This document shows positions 62,443-64,000 of a stretch of 64,000 nucleotides of DNA, one piece after another. Source of the stretch: Felis catus (Eukaryota); assembly GCF_018350175.1 (NCBI RefSeq), contig NC_058377.1:100750001-100814000 (forward strand). The letters are read 5' to 3'. The notes under the pieces are model-generated. The model was not told the DNA's origin, ran no database searches, and saw only the letters and a program-made list of their open reading frames with translations. The position numbers and the translations under genes are program-made. How positions within the stretch are numbered: position 1 is the first letter of the stretch; the number at the start of each line of letters is the position of its first letter.

Positions 62443-63669
62443 AAATTGTGACTTTTATACAAATATAAAATGAAACTTTCAGTGATTTTACTTCATCATT
62501 CATTCCCTAAGCTGTTCTAATTGGTATAAAAGATAATGCAAAGAATTATAGATCAAGAATTCATCATTAAGCAGGGCATTTAAGATGAACATGGCTGTTA
62601 TATATAAAGTGATGAATCACTGAATTCTACTCCTGAACATTTTACCATGTATATTAACTAACTAGAACTTAAATTAAAACTTGAAAAAAATTCACAAATA
62701 AATATACAAATAGACTAAAAACTGGCTATTTCCATAGAAGAGAGGGAAATCCATTATCTCTACACTTGACAAAATGCACATGTCCGTAGACAAGTATTGT
62801 GTTGCTATCAGTTCTCTGCGACTTACAGATTTCTAAACTAGAGTAAGGTCAGTCAAAGGCAAAAAGATAGAAAGGTAAGGACAGTGATCCTTTTTTCAAC
62901 ATCTTTTACAATTATTCCTGGCAGAGGGCATGGACACATTCCTGGATATCGTTATCATCTTCCCTGGATTGAATTTAATAAATCTGTAGGCATGAGAATT
63001 TCTCTAGCTATGTTCTGTAGCTTGAATTCCAGAAAAGGAAAACAGACATCTGGATCGACTCAGAATCGCCAGGCTGCCAGATTTAGAATCGTGAAGGAAC
63101 AAGATGGTGAGGATACGGAGACTGTGGAAGGAAATTCACTTAACACTTACAATTTGATTATAAGGCACTATCACTGTCATGTCATAGGTGATGAACTGAA
63201 GCTCGGTGGTTAAGTGGCCTGACCAAGGTCTCACAACTTCTGAGAGACAGAGCTGCGATTCAGTCACTTGTATGATTAACGCAGAACCTTTCTTCTTTAT
63301 ATCTTATCAGCAGATGTCGAACAACTCTTCGGAGTTGTTTTGTTCCTCAGAGGGGCAGCCACAGCTCAAGGTAAGGAACAGAAGTTCTGCTCCTCTTCTC
63401 ATAGAGGGCTTTGGCTGGAAGGGCAATGCTATCTGTTGTGAAAATAAAAACAACACAAATGGGAACAGAGGCTATCCACTCAATTTGCTGTATACCCACG
63501 TGGTTTAGCCACTATTACTTGACATTGGTGGAAGATGAGGGAGTCGAAGAATGTATAGCTCAACAACTGATTTGATGGCGGTGCCCTTAAATACAGAAAA
63601 CAATAGCTTTACGTGATAGAAGTGGCAGAGTGTTGATTTAATTAAGAAATTGAAAATCTGCATGTTTGA

Positions 63670-63798
63670 NNNNNNNNNNNNNNNNNNNNNNNNNNNNNNN
63701 NNNNNNNNNNNNNNNNNNNNNNNNNNNNNNNNNNNNNNNNNNNNNNNNNNNNNNNNNNNNNNNNNNNNNNNNNNNNNNNNNNNNNNNNNNNNNNNNNN
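63670..63798. other. Assembly gap (129 N)
   Basis: N run. Confidence 1.
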
Positions 63799-63803
63799 AA
63801 GAC

Positions 63804-63898
63804 AATCCATGTCTTGATAACACATGGGCATATCTACAGCTAGGGTAGGGTATATACATTTCATATATACATATATATGTATATATATATATACACAC

Positions 63899-63935
<37 letters not shown>

Positions 63936-63989
63936 GTATATACCCTACCCTAGCTGTAGATATGCCCATGTGTTATCAAGACATGGATT
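63804..63989. repeat. Perfect 66-bp inverted repeat around a (TA)n-rich spacer
   Basis: 63804-63869 is the reverse complement of 63924-63989. Confidence 0.92.
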
Positions 63990-64000
63990 TAGATAACAGT

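Noticed and set aside
1-64000. CRISPR array, operon or other prokaryotic or viral system
   Set aside because: No repeat-spacer structure or non-mammalian ORFs; all long ORFs are ORs or L1.

Overview
Mammalian genomic DNA, most likely Felidae (inferred from SINEC_Fc-type CAN-SINEs and a cat-type L1), from a class II olfactory receptor cluster resembling the human 11q11-12 OR5D/OR5L region. It holds six intact single-exon OR CDSs on the + strand (two OR5D18-like, four OR5L-like) and two copies of an L1-disrupted OR5D16-like pseudogene. It also contains a young full-length L1 (~5.9 kb, 17-bp TSD, two frameshifts), two twin-primed inverted L1 fragments, about 25 CAN-SINEs, older MLT/MER20/MIR/L2/L1M relics and two assembly gaps. 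The locus is built from two nested tandem duplications: an older one (~4891-40910 vs ~40911-52127) and a younger 8.7-kb one whose breakpoints lie inside OR5L coding sequences. The most notable pattern is modular shuffling of the OR5L genes. The four genes show all four combinations of two upstream and two downstream flanks. Their TM4-TM6 scaffold is homogenised to ~99%, yet a TM2-ECL1-TM3 cassette stays ~23% divergent, and a similar spared patch appears in the OR5D18 pair. No prokaryote-type system, CRISPR array or RNA gene is present. Identities and difference counts were made by eye; repeat boundaries are approximate.
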